Source: Candidatus Kuenenbacteria bacterium GW2011_GWA2_42_15
Lineage (GTDB): Bacteria; Patescibacteriota; Patescibacteriia; UBA2196; GWA2-42-15
Assembly (NCBI GenBank): GCA_000998185.1
Contig: LCCW01000002.1
Location: 1 to 33,808, forward strand
Length of the DNA: 33,808 nt
Reading direction: 5' to 3'
The notes under the pieces are model-generated. The model saw nothing but the letters and a program-made list of their open reading frames with translations. It was not told the DNA's origin and did no database searches. Positions 17,343 to 25,379 of this stretch are shown piece after piece. The position numbers and the translations under genes were made by a program. How positions within the stretch are numbered: position 1 is the stretch's first letter; every line of letters begins with the position of its first letter.

Positions 17343-17434
17343 AAAATAGATTACAAAATTTTAAAATGTCTGCGTTAGTCGGCGTCCGGTCCCTGCCTCG
17401 CCGGCAGGCAGGCGCGTCAGTCAGCGTTAGTCTC

Positions 17435-18187
17435 TTAGCTCCATCTTGCGGTTAAAAGTATTGTGAGCCAGAGAACAGTTACCGCCACTCCGTAACGCCA
17501 GTAAGTTTTTTTATTTAAGGTAGCGTTCAAAAAATGTTGCGCCAAGCCGGTAAGAAAATAATAGACGCCAGTCACTAGAGCCGCTTTGGCGTCTGCCAAA
17601 TTCGGCAGCCAAGAAACCGCCCAAAAAAGTTCGGCAGTCGTCAGGGTGATAACCGGGACAAACCAGAGGCTGGCCGTGGATTTTATTTTATTGATAATAA
17701 AAAATTGGTAGGTTAAAAGATAAATAACGGCCGTGGTCGCGCCAAGAATCATCCAGAAAGGCATTTTAATTAGGGCGTGAAGACTAAACATTCCGCTGAA
17801 CCAAAAAAAGACGGTGGTCGTGTTTAAAATTTTTGAGATCGTGGATAAAGAATGATTTTTGTATTGGTATTTATGAAAAGTCAAGATGATTAATTGTTGC
17901 GTAAAAGCCGCGCTGCCAACCGCTAGAAAAAGCACTATTCCTTCTCTTATAATTATGTTGTTGGAAAATCCCAGAAACAAAAAACCGGCCAACAGAAATA
18001 GAAAAGGTGAAATCAAAAAATTCCAAAAATTGGCATTCCACTTGGCCCTGGCCGCCAGCCAGACAAAGATAAAATTAAACAGCATCGTGCCGCCGATAGC
18101 CCACCCAAAAAATGCGGGGTTGATAATCCCGACCTGCAGACCGAATAGTATAACCAGTCCGTAAATGTAAGCGGAAAAAATTGGCAC
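17435..18187 (-). CDS. Polytopic membrane protein, unknown family
   Basis: 250 aa with about 7-8 hydrophobic segments. GTG start; the true start is uncertain. Confidence 0.55.
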   Translation of the reverse strand: MPIFSAYIYGLVILFGLQVGIINPAFFGWAIGGTMLFNFIFVWLAARAKWNANFWNFLISPFLFLLAGFLFLGFSNNIIIREGIVLFLAVGSAAFTQQLIILTFHKYQYKNHSLSTISKILNTTTVFFWFSGMFSLHALIKMPFWMILGATTAVIYLLTYQFFIINKIKSTASLWFVPVITLTTAELFWAVSWLPNLADAKAALVTGVYYFLTGLAQHFLNATLNKKTYWRYGVAVTVLWLTILLTARWS

Positions 18188-18249
18188 GCGAATAATCTCA
18201 ATTAATCAGAATTTATTCAAAATAAATGTTACGATATGTATTTTGAACT

Positions 18250-18726
18250 TTATTCATTGAGCCAGAAATATTGTTTCAAAATACTGGCCCAGCGCTGGCT
18301 GGCCTCCGTTTTACTCTCCATGTCATTTTGCGCCACTGCCGTTTTTTCCAGATCCATGGTCGTTACCACCCGGACATGCAAATCTTTGTATTCATCCGGC
18401 ACGATTAACCCCAGGATATTTACCTTTTCTTCTTCTATGAGCCGCAGCCATTCCTCTTTATTGTTTTCTGTGCTGGCCCTTTTGGTCAGATATTCACCCA
18501 CCGTGTTTTTGAGTCCGTTCTGGTAAGCCACGATCAGTCGGCTATTTTGTTCAGCTATCGCAGCCTTTTCGCTCGTCACCGTCTCGCCCATTATCTGTCC
18601 GGCATTTTTTTTCGTCAAAAGCAGATCCTCGTCAATCACTCGCCAGGCAATGGCGGCGATGGCCAAAATAAAAACCACTATTGTTTGGCGCCAATGGTAT
18701 CTGACGAATAATTGCGCTTTGGACAT
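18250..18726 (-). CDS. Hypothetical protein with a single N-terminal TM anchor
   Basis: 158 aa with an ATG start and the hydrophobic segment TIVVFILAIAAIAW. No family recognised. Confidence 0.55.
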   Translation of the reverse strand: MSKAQLFVRYHWRQTIVVFILAIAAIAWRVIDEDLLLTKKNAGQIMGETVTSEKAAIAEQNSRLIVAYQNGLKNTVGEYLTKRASTENNKEEWLRLIEEEKVNILGLIVPDEYKDLHVRVVTTMDLEKTAVAQNDMESKTEASQRWASILKQYFWLNE

Positions 18727-18743
18727 ATGTTTAAAGTTAGTTT

Positions 18744-19076
18744 TTACAAATTAATTAATTCCGATCCCATTTTCTCCCAATCTTCGCTGCTATCGTTCCA
18801 TTTAAAAACATTCAGATAGTTTGTTTTCTCCGTTTCATCATAAATATTTTTTACTTTGGTTGATGAGCCGATACGGTTTGAATAAATTGTTTTTATATCT
18901 TTCAGCCGCGGTTTTTCCACCCACTCCATTCTTATCCGTCCGGCCGCGCCAGTTCTAAATTCCACTACCCATTTTTCACCGGGAATATTTTCACCAACTG
19001 GTTCTTTATATTCCGTCTCCACTTCAAACTGCCGTTTGATTTTTTCCAATGTATTTAGCCATTTTTCTCTGGTCAT
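18744..19076 (-). CDS. Hypothetical small soluble protein
   Basis: 110 aa with an ATG start, 17 nt upstream of the next gene. No motif recognised. Confidence 0.55.
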   Translation of the reverse strand: MTREKWLNTLEKIKRQFEVETEYKEPVGENIPGEKWVVEFRTGAAGRIRMEWVEKPRLKDIKTIYSNRIGSSTKVKNIYDETEKTNYLNVFKWNDSSEDWEKMGSELINL

Positions 19077-19093
19077 AGTTTTAGGTTAAATAA

Positions 19094-19157
19094 GTCCGCC
19101 AATTATCTAATCTGGTTATTCTTGGGTAAAAAAGGCGGATCACCCGCAGGGTGATAA
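19094..19157 (-). repeat. 64-nt structured element, copy 1 (17 nt upstream of the 110-aa gene)
   Basis: + strand: TCCGCCAATT, 29 nt, then GGCGGATCACCCGCAGGGTGATAA. The architecture and spacer length match copy 2 exactly. Confidence 0.6.
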
Positions 19158-19181
19158 ATCAAGCAAATTAAGCGAGTTAAG

Positions 19182-19221
19182 CCTGCCTGCCCTGCCTACC
19201 GGCAGGCAGGCGGCAGGCAGG
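19182..19221. repeat. GC-rich nested palindrome (CCTGCCTGCC...GGCAGGCAGG)
   Basis: A 40-nt self-complementary tract in an AT-rich spacer. Related tracts lie at 17392-17412 and as a half-site at 9093-9103. Confidence 0.7.
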
Positions 19222-19528
19222 TAAATCAAACCAATCACTCATCTTCAACAGTTTAATCTTACCACAATCTGGGCTCTTGACAAGAAGGAGTAATTTAATA
19301 TTCAATTTTTTTTGTTTATTTTTTGTCTGGATCCCGCATCAAGTGCGGGATGACGGCCGCGCCGCATCTCCCCTTATATTTATTTCTTGTCTCTTATTAC
19401 TCATTACTCATCACTCATTACTTATCACTAATTTCTGTTTTCTGCTTACTGGTTTCACTTGCCTTACTTGTCGCTTGTCTTGCTTGATTCATTTAATTTA
19501 CTGATCTTGCTTATCTCGCTGACCTCAC

Positions 19529-20128
19529 TTATTCTTGTATTTTGTTATTTGTTTTTTGTGTTCTGACGGAAAACGCGCACCCGCAATAATTCTGCCGGTA
19601 AAAATTTCTTTCTTTGGCAATCTGGCAGGCCGCTTGAAAGCCGCCCAGCTTTTTCCAGTCCCGGTCCAAAAACTCCAAGCCATATTTCTTGGCCAGTGTT
19701 TGACCTTGCTGACTGATTTTTTCCGCTTTTTTATGCGGGCTGATGGACAAACTGGAGCCGAAATATTCATATTTCAGTTCAGCCGCCAGCCGCGCGGTTC
19801 TTTCCAATCGGAGTTTATAGCAAATATCACAGCGCTTGCCTCTCTCCAGTTCTTTTTCAAGCCCTCTGACCGCCTCAAGCCATTTTGTATTTTCATAATC
19901 ACCCTCAATGATTTTTACCGCTGGCAAGGCCGCCAGGTATTTTTTAAGTTCCATGAGTCTGGCCTGATATTCTTCCACCGGCCAGATATTCGGATTGTAA
20001 TAAAAAATAGTCACTTCAAAACCCAGTTTTTGCAATTCTGCCACCGGATAACAGGCGCAAGGTGAACAACAAGTGTGAAATAAGATGCGCATAAATATAT
20101 CAATTATTAGTGTTTTGTTCAATATCAC
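19529..20128 (-). CDS. queH: Epoxyqueuosine reductase QueH (DUF208 family)
   Basis: Conserved Cys motifs are present: HTCCSPCA, CDICYKLRLERTA and NYCGCAFS. The listed start is GTG at 20128. The ATG at 20092 (MRILFHTCC) is more plausible. Confidence 0.75.
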   Translation of the reverse strand: MILNKTLIIDIFMRILFHTCCSPCACYPVAELQKLGFEVTIFYYNPNIWPVEEYQARLMELKKYLAALPAVKIIEGDYENTKWLEAVRGLEKELERGKRCDICYKLRLERTARLAAELKYEYFGSSLSISPHKKAEKISQQGQTLAKKYGLEFLDRDWKKLGGFQAACQIAKERNFYRQNYCGCAFSVRTQKTNNKIQE

Positions 20129-20179
20129 GGCAATCGCTGGAAAGGAGTAGCTAAATTCCTAATTTTTAATCTCTAATTT

Positions 20180-20243
20180 CTCCGCCAATTCACAAAGTGG
20201 GAAACCCCGACTTCATGAAGGCGGATTACCCTAAGGGTGATAA
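20180..20243 (-). repeat. 64-nt structured element, copy 2 (about 87 nt upstream of the queH ATG)
   Basis: + strand: TCCGCCAATT, 29 nt, then GGCGGATTACCCTAAGGGTGATAA. Confidence 0.6.
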
Positions 20244-20361
20244 TAAAATTCCAAACTTCAAACACTCAATTTTTAACAAAAATTTTGGCATTTTATCATT
20301 AGACATTTATTAGAAATTATAATTTAGACATTAGGAATTATGCAACCATCCCTATCCCCAC

Positions 20362-21477
20362 TCACTTTATTATATAGCCCTCCGCGCCCTTATCAGTCTC
20401 CAGCCCGAGTCTCTCAACGATTCCTTCTCCTTCTCCGTCATTAAGAATTCTCGGCTGGCAAAAATCTTCAATCAGAATCGGAGTTGCCACTATTTGTTTT
20501 ATCCCGGTTTTGGTCAAAGTTATTTTTAAGGCCAGTCCTTCCCTTGTCTCTTTGGACCACATCTGATCAAAAATAAAATTGCCTAGACTGTAAAAAATAT
20601 ATTTTCCTTGGTATTTTTCCGCCATTTGTACCACATGCGGATGGTGTCCGATAACGATTTCCGCCCCAGCCTTAATCGCCGTTCTGGCGAAAGCCATTTG
20701 ATCTTCCGTTGGTTCATCTGCGTATTCTGTGCCAGCGTGCATGGAAACAAAAACCACATCAGCCTGTTTTTTCGCTTCCGCGACCGCGCTTAAGATTTCT
20801 TCTTTATTCCAAAAAGCCGTGCCCGCAGATTTCGCCCCAGCCGCGTAATTGTCAGGCGCGTACAGCTGTTCGGTTCTCGCGAGCCAGGCTATTTTTATGT
20901 CGTTGATTTTCGTGTATTTCGGCGTTCGCGCCTGCGCCAGGTTTTCTCCTGCCCCAACATAGAGTATATCGGCCTTGTTCAGGTACTCAAAAGTATCTTT
21001 CAACCCCTTTTCGCCAAAATTCGGCGTGTGGTTATTGGCCAGGGAAACTATTTGAAAATTATTATCTTTTAAAACCTCGGTCGCTTTCGGGTCTGACCGA
21101 AAAACAATTTCTCCAGTTTTAATTATTCTTCCCGCCATGATGGCGGTTTCTAGATTACCGAATGCCAGATCAGCCGATTTTAAATAGTCAGCCGTTTTTA
21201 AAAACGGATAATTAAAATTTTTGTGTTCCAGCATTTTTTGTTCCACCACCCGCGAAAGCATGATATCGCCCACCGCGACGATGATTATTTCCGGCGGTTC
21301 CGGTTCTAATTTGTTTGCTGTTACCCGTCCAACTTCAAATGCTTTTTCTGTTCGCGCGCCAACCTTATCAAAACTTATGACATTGCTGTCCCATATCAAA
21401 GCCGCTAGAAAAAACAAGCCCAGGACAAGTATCAGGGCTGTGATCGCGGTGATTACAATGAGTTTTTTGCTAGTCAC
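20362..21477 (-). CDS. CapA-family (PGA_cap metallophosphatase-like) membrane-anchored protein
   Basis: 371 aa with an N-terminal TM and the motifs VGDIMLSR, FGNLET, ANNH and HAGTEY..GHHPH. GTG start overlapping the Nudix stop by 8 nt. Confidence 0.75.
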   Translation of the reverse strand: MTSKKLIVITAITALILVLGLFFLAALIWDSNVISFDKVGARTEKAFEVGRVTANKLEPEPPEIIIVAVGDIMLSRVVEQKMLEHKNFNYPFLKTADYLKSADLAFGNLETAIMAGRIIKTGEIVFRSDPKATEVLKDNNFQIVSLANNHTPNFGEKGLKDTFEYLNKADILYVGAGENLAQARTPKYTKINDIKIAWLARTEQLYAPDNYAAGAKSAGTAFWNKEEILSAVAEAKKQADVVFVSMHAGTEYADEPTEDQMAFARTAIKAGAEIVIGHHPHVVQMAEKYQGKYIFYSLGNFIFDQMWSKETREGLALKITLTKTGIKQIVATPILIEDFCQPRILNDGEGEGIVERLGLETDKGAEGYIIK

Positions 21478-21904
21478 CTTTTTCTAAATATTTTAACAAA
21501 ACTTTTTTTGAGAAATCAGGCATGTCTAATTTTACCAATTCCATCTTATTCTTTTTTATATAAATAATTTTTTCTCCTTCCGACAGTTTTAAATTGTTTG
21601 GGTCAATGTTATTTAAGACATAAACATAGCCTTGCAATTTTTTCTTCCAGAAAATACTGTTGGATATCCATTTCCCCAAAAACCGCAAATCCGCGCGCTT
21701 GATTGGCAATCCCAGTTCTTCTTTTATTTCTCGTCTCGCGCAATCAATCGGTCTTTCTCTTTTATCCGCTGCGCCGGCGAAAACCGTTACTTTGCCAGGG
21801 TTGGCGATATTTGGTTTGCTGTCTCGTTTTTGTAAAGCGAGTTGATTACGGTCCGTGACGATAATCACGGCTGAAAATTTTGGCAGCTTATTTGTTTTCT
21901 TCAT
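21470..21904 (-). CDS. Nudix hydrolase
   Basis: 144 aa with the Nudix box GAADKRERPIDCARREIKEELGL. The start overlaps the ATPase 3' end by 17 nt. Confidence 0.8.
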   Translation of the reverse strand: MKKTNKLPKFSAVIIVTDRNQLALQKRDSKPNIANPGKVTVFAGAADKRERPIDCARREIKEELGLPIKRADLRFLGKWISNSIFWKKKLQGYVYVLNNIDPNNLKLSEGEKIIYIKKNKMELVKLDMPDFSKKVLLKYLEKGD

Positions 21905-24590
21905 GATAGTAAATCATTTTAATCAATTCCACCATGGCGGTTAGCAGAATGCAACCGAGCAATATGGCAAGCCATTCTGCCATGCCCAGCGCCACGGTTT
22001 GAAATATTCTTTGGGCAAAGCCGTTATAGACGGCGAAAAACTGCATCCCAAAACCTATCACGACAGCCATAAGCAGGGTTTTATTATTAAGGGGGTTCGT
22101 CTGCCAGATGGGCTTGTGGAAGTTTCTGGCGCTAAAGATATAAACCAGGGTACTGATGGCCAAAAAAGTAAAACCGACGGTCCTTCCCAGATTTATGTCG
22201 CCGGTTTGTTTCCAAAAAAACTGAAAAAAGAAGAGCGTGCCAGCGGCTGACAATAAACTAATGGCGCCAATCAAAATTTTACTTTCTTTTGACAGAATCG
22301 GTTCATCCAACTTCCTCGGTCTCTGTTTCATGATATTTTCTTCAGCCGGCTCTCTAGCCATGGCCATGCCCGGGAAAGTATCGTCAATCAAATTTATCCA
22401 GATGATTTGTGAAGCCAAAAGCGGCAGCGGCCAGCCCAAAAGAATGCCCGCGCTAACCGTAATTACTTCCGCCAGTCCGTCGGACAGAAAATAAAAAACC
22501 ACTTTTTTAATATTATCGTAGATAACCCGCCCTTCTTTGACCGCTTTGATGATGGTGGAAAAATTATTATCCAAAAGTATGATATCCGCGGTTTCTTTGG
22601 CCACATCCGTGCCTGAATTTACTGCGATGCCGATGTTGGCTTTTTTAAGAGCTGGCGCGTCATTGATGCCGTCGCCGGTCATGGCCACCACTTCGCCCTT
22701 GTCCTGCCAGGCTTTGACTATCTTTAATTTATCTTCAGGCGCCACCCGGGCGTAGATGGAAATTTCCGGCACCATTTCTTTCAAATCGCTCTCTTTCAGT
22801 TTTGAAAGCCGCTCGCCGTTCATAATATTTTTTGGTTCTGCCGGCAGTCCCAATTCTTTGGCGACCATTCTCGCCGTCAACTCGTGGTCGCCGGTGATAA
22901 TGACCGTTTTAATCCCAGCCAGCCGCACCTCTTCAATGGTTTGCTTGGCCTCCGTCCTCAACGGATCTTTGATGCCAGTCAGTCCCACGAAAGCGAAACC
23001 ATTAGCGTCGGTTTCTTTCAGCGACTTTGTTTCACTACCTACTCTCTTGTATCCGCCAGCCAAAACCCGGAGCCCTTTCTTGCTCATCTCCTCGTAAGTC
23101 TGGGTAATTTTTTCCCGCTCCAAATTAGTGAGCTCTCGCTCCGGCTTTTCTCCGTTATAAATGTATTTTGAAAGTTTTAAAACAACCTCCGGCGCTCCTT
23201 TTGCATAGATTACATTTTCCTTATCCCTCTTGTGCAAGGTCATCATAAATTTCCAAGCACTGTCAAAAGGCGCTTCGTCCAGGCGCGGTTCTTCCTTCAC
23301 TAATTTGTTTTTATCCAAACCGACATTGGCTCCGGCCATCAGCAGCGCTTTTTCAGTGGGTGAGCCGCGCACGATCTGGTGTTCCATTCCCGCCCCGGGG
23401 TTTTCAATGTAACCGTTATTGCAGAGCACCCCGATCTTTAAAAGTTCAATTAGCTCGCTGCCGCCTTCCGTTTCTTTTTTAAATCCGCCTTCAAAAAAAT
23501 TAAAATTATAATCCAGAGTGGCCACCTCCACCATTCTCATTTCTCCGTCAGTGATGGTGCCTGTTTTGTCAGTGCAAATTACCGTGGTGGAGCCCAATGT
23601 TTCCGCGGCCAAAAGCTGTTTAACCAGGGCGTTTTCTTTTAATATTTTTTGCATGCCAAAAGCCAAAATGACCGTCATCACCACCAAAAGCCCCTCGGGA
23701 ATAATTGCCACTGATATTGCCACCGCGGTCAAAAATATTTGTTCCGCGTCATATTTTAAAAGCACACCAAGGGCAAAGATTATTAAGCAAATGCCGATTG
23801 CGAAAAAACTTAACTTTTTGGCGAACACAGCCAGTTTTCTCTGGAGTGGCGTCATCAGATCGGCCGTGTCCGCCACCAGTTTCGCGATTTTTCCAAGCGC
23901 CGTGTCTTTACCATGGGCGACCACGATGCCCAAGCCATTGCCCTGCGTCACCTGCGTGCCCATAAAAGCCATATTGGACTGGTCCGCCAACACCAGATCC
24001 CCGGCCAGGGGTCTATTTGTTTTTTCTATTTCATTCGCCTCGCCGGTCAAAGGCGCTTCGTTTATTTTTAAATTATTTACTTTCAAAATTCTCAAATCAG
24101 CCGGTATCTTATCGCCGGCGGTGACAAAGACCAAATCCCCCGGCACCAGTTCAAAGGATATTATTTGTTTTTCATGGCCGCCGCGCAGCACCTTGCAATA
24201 GTTTGTTGCGGCTTTTTTAAGGGCCAAAAGAGAATTGTGGGCCTTGTTTTCTTGGTAAAAACCCAAGATCACATTTATTAATACAGCCAAAAAAATTACC
24301 CCCGCGTTGATGTAATCTCCCAGAAAAACGCAAATTACCGTTGCGCCAACCAAAACATAAACCAGGGAGCTCTTGAATTGTTTAAAAAACAAGCTTAATT
24401 TAGATTCCGGTCTAGCCTCCGGCAGTTTATTTAAGCCGTATTTTTTTTGGCGTCTCTTTATCTCCTCATCAATAAGCCCGTCTTTGTTTGATTCCAATTT
24501 TTTAAAAATTTCTTCCTGCGTTAAAATATACCACTTCTGGTGGTCTTTTTTTTGTTTCGCTTGGTAGATTGTTTGCGAGAGTAAAGACAC
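21888..24590 (-). CDS. P-type cation-transporting ATPase (type II, Ca2+-ATPase-like)
   Basis: 900 aa with the motifs CTDKTGTIT, PEGL, TGDHELTA and MTGDGINDAPALKKANIG, plus about 10 TM segments. GTG start. Confidence 0.9.
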   Translation of the reverse strand: MSLLSQTIYQAKQKKDHQKWYILTQEEIFKKLESNKDGLIDEEIKRRQKKYGLNKLPEARPESKLSLFFKQFKSSLVYVLVGATVICVFLGDYINAGVIFLAVLINVILGFYQENKAHNSLLALKKAATNYCKVLRGGHEKQIISFELVPGDLVFVTAGDKIPADLRILKVNNLKINEAPLTGEANEIEKTNRPLAGDLVLADQSNMAFMGTQVTQGNGLGIVVAHGKDTALGKIAKLVADTADLMTPLQRKLAVFAKKLSFFAIGICLIIFALGVLLKYDAEQIFLTAVAISVAIIPEGLLVVMTVILAFGMQKILKENALVKQLLAAETLGSTTVICTDKTGTITDGEMRMVEVATLDYNFNFFEGGFKKETEGGSELIELLKIGVLCNNGYIENPGAGMEHQIVRGSPTEKALLMAGANVGLDKNKLVKEEPRLDEAPFDSAWKFMMTLHKRDKENVIYAKGAPEVVLKLSKYIYNGEKPERELTNLEREKITQTYEEMSKKGLRVLAGGYKRVGSETKSLKETDANGFAFVGLTGIKDPLRTEAKQTIEEVRLAGIKTVIITGDHELTARMVAKELGLPAEPKNIMNGERLSKLKESDLKEMVPEISIYARVAPEDKLKIVKAWQDKGEVVAMTGDGINDAPALKKANIGIAVNSGTDVAKETADIILLDNNFSTIIKAVKEGRVIYDNIKKVVFYFLSDGLAEVITVSAGILLGWPLPLLASQIIWINLIDDTFPGMAMAREPAEENIMKQRPRKLDEPILSKESKILIGAISLLSAAGTLFFFQFFWKQTGDINLGRTVGFTFLAISTLVYIFSARNFHKPIWQTNPLNNKTLLMAVVIGFGMQFFAVYNGFAQRIFQTVALGMAEWLAILLGCILLTAMVELIKMIYYHEENK

Positions 24591-24662
24591 TTTTTAGAAA
24601 ATCAAAAATAAAAAATCAAAATGCTGGTTCTGCTGGCACGCGCAATGCGTTGTTGCGTCTTA

Positions 24663-25241
24663 TCAGCCGATTATTTTCTCTATTTCTTCCATTGCCGCCG
24701 GCAAAATTTCTTTTTTTAGAATCAGCTCTTCTCTTTTGGAAAATTTGGCCAGCACAAAATCCGAGGCTTCCATTTTCTCCGCCTGCTCATTTCGCGTGCC
24801 GATTCTTACTCGTTTAAATTTATCAGTACCGAGCTTGGCAATGATTGATTTTATGCCGTTGTGTCCGGCCGAAGAACCGTCGGCGCGCACCCGTATCTTA
24901 CCGAATGGCAGATCCAGCTCATCATAGACTGCGATAATTTTTTCACTTCCCGTTTTATAGAAATTTTTTAAAGCACCCACTGTCCCGCCGGAATTATTCA
25001 TGAAAGTTTCCGGTTTGGCCAAAATTATCTTCTTATTCTCCAGCCAGCCTTCGGTTGTTAATGCCTTAAATTTTTTTTGGCTTTTGAATTTATTTAAACC
25101 CCATTCGCTCGCCAAAAAATCAAGCGCCAAAAAACCAACATTGTGGCGGGTGTTCGCATACTCTTCGCCCGGGTTGCCCAGTCCGACGATTAGAAACAAA
25201 TTATTTTTTTCTCCGCTCAAGGCGGTTTTTGGCAGTTTCAT
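24663..25241 (-). CDS. pth: Peptidyl-tRNA hydrolase
   Basis: 192 aa with the motifs LIVGLGNPGEEYANTRHNVGF and GSSAGHNGIKSI. Confidence 0.9.
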   Translation of the reverse strand: MKLPKTALSGEKNNLFLIVGLGNPGEEYANTRHNVGFLALDFLASEWGLNKFKSQKKFKALTTEGWLENKKIILAKPETFMNNSGGTVGALKNFYKTGSEKIIAVYDELDLPFGKIRVRADGSSAGHNGIKSIIAKLGTDKFKRVRIGTRNEQAEKMEASDFVLAKFSKREELILKKEILPAAMEEIEKIIG

Positions 25242-25379
25242 ATTTTTTCTTGTTTTAATGCTTTTATGCTTTGATGTTCTGGTGTTTTGGTGCTCCCTGT
25301 GTAGTGTTCTCCCCCACCACCCCCTACCCCCTCCTCAAAGAGGAGGGGAAAAATACCATACTGTTTTTCTTGTTCCTTG

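Noticed and set aside
19277-19504. 75-aa + strand ORF in the queH downstream spacer, preceded by a TTGACA-like hexamer
   Set aside because: The translation is low-complexity (LLLITHHSLLITNFCFLL), produced by the heptamer and pyrimidine-rich repeats. There is no RBS or recognisable domain.
19535-20065. 176-aa + strand ORF antisense to queH
   Set aside because: queH has clear conserved Cys motifs on the - strand. The antisense product has no features.
20130-20361. preQ1 riboswitch upstream of queH
   Set aside because: It would be biologically attractive, but the region does not show the preQ1-I/II consensus that I recall. The same element also precedes an unrelated gene, so it is reported only as an unclassified repeat.
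22237-24201. Several + strand ORFs (up to 227 aa) antisense to the P-type ATPase
   Set aside because: The ATPase motifs (DKTGT, TGD, GDGxNDxP) fix the coding strand. The antisense ORFs are Ser/Pro/Ala-rich shadows.
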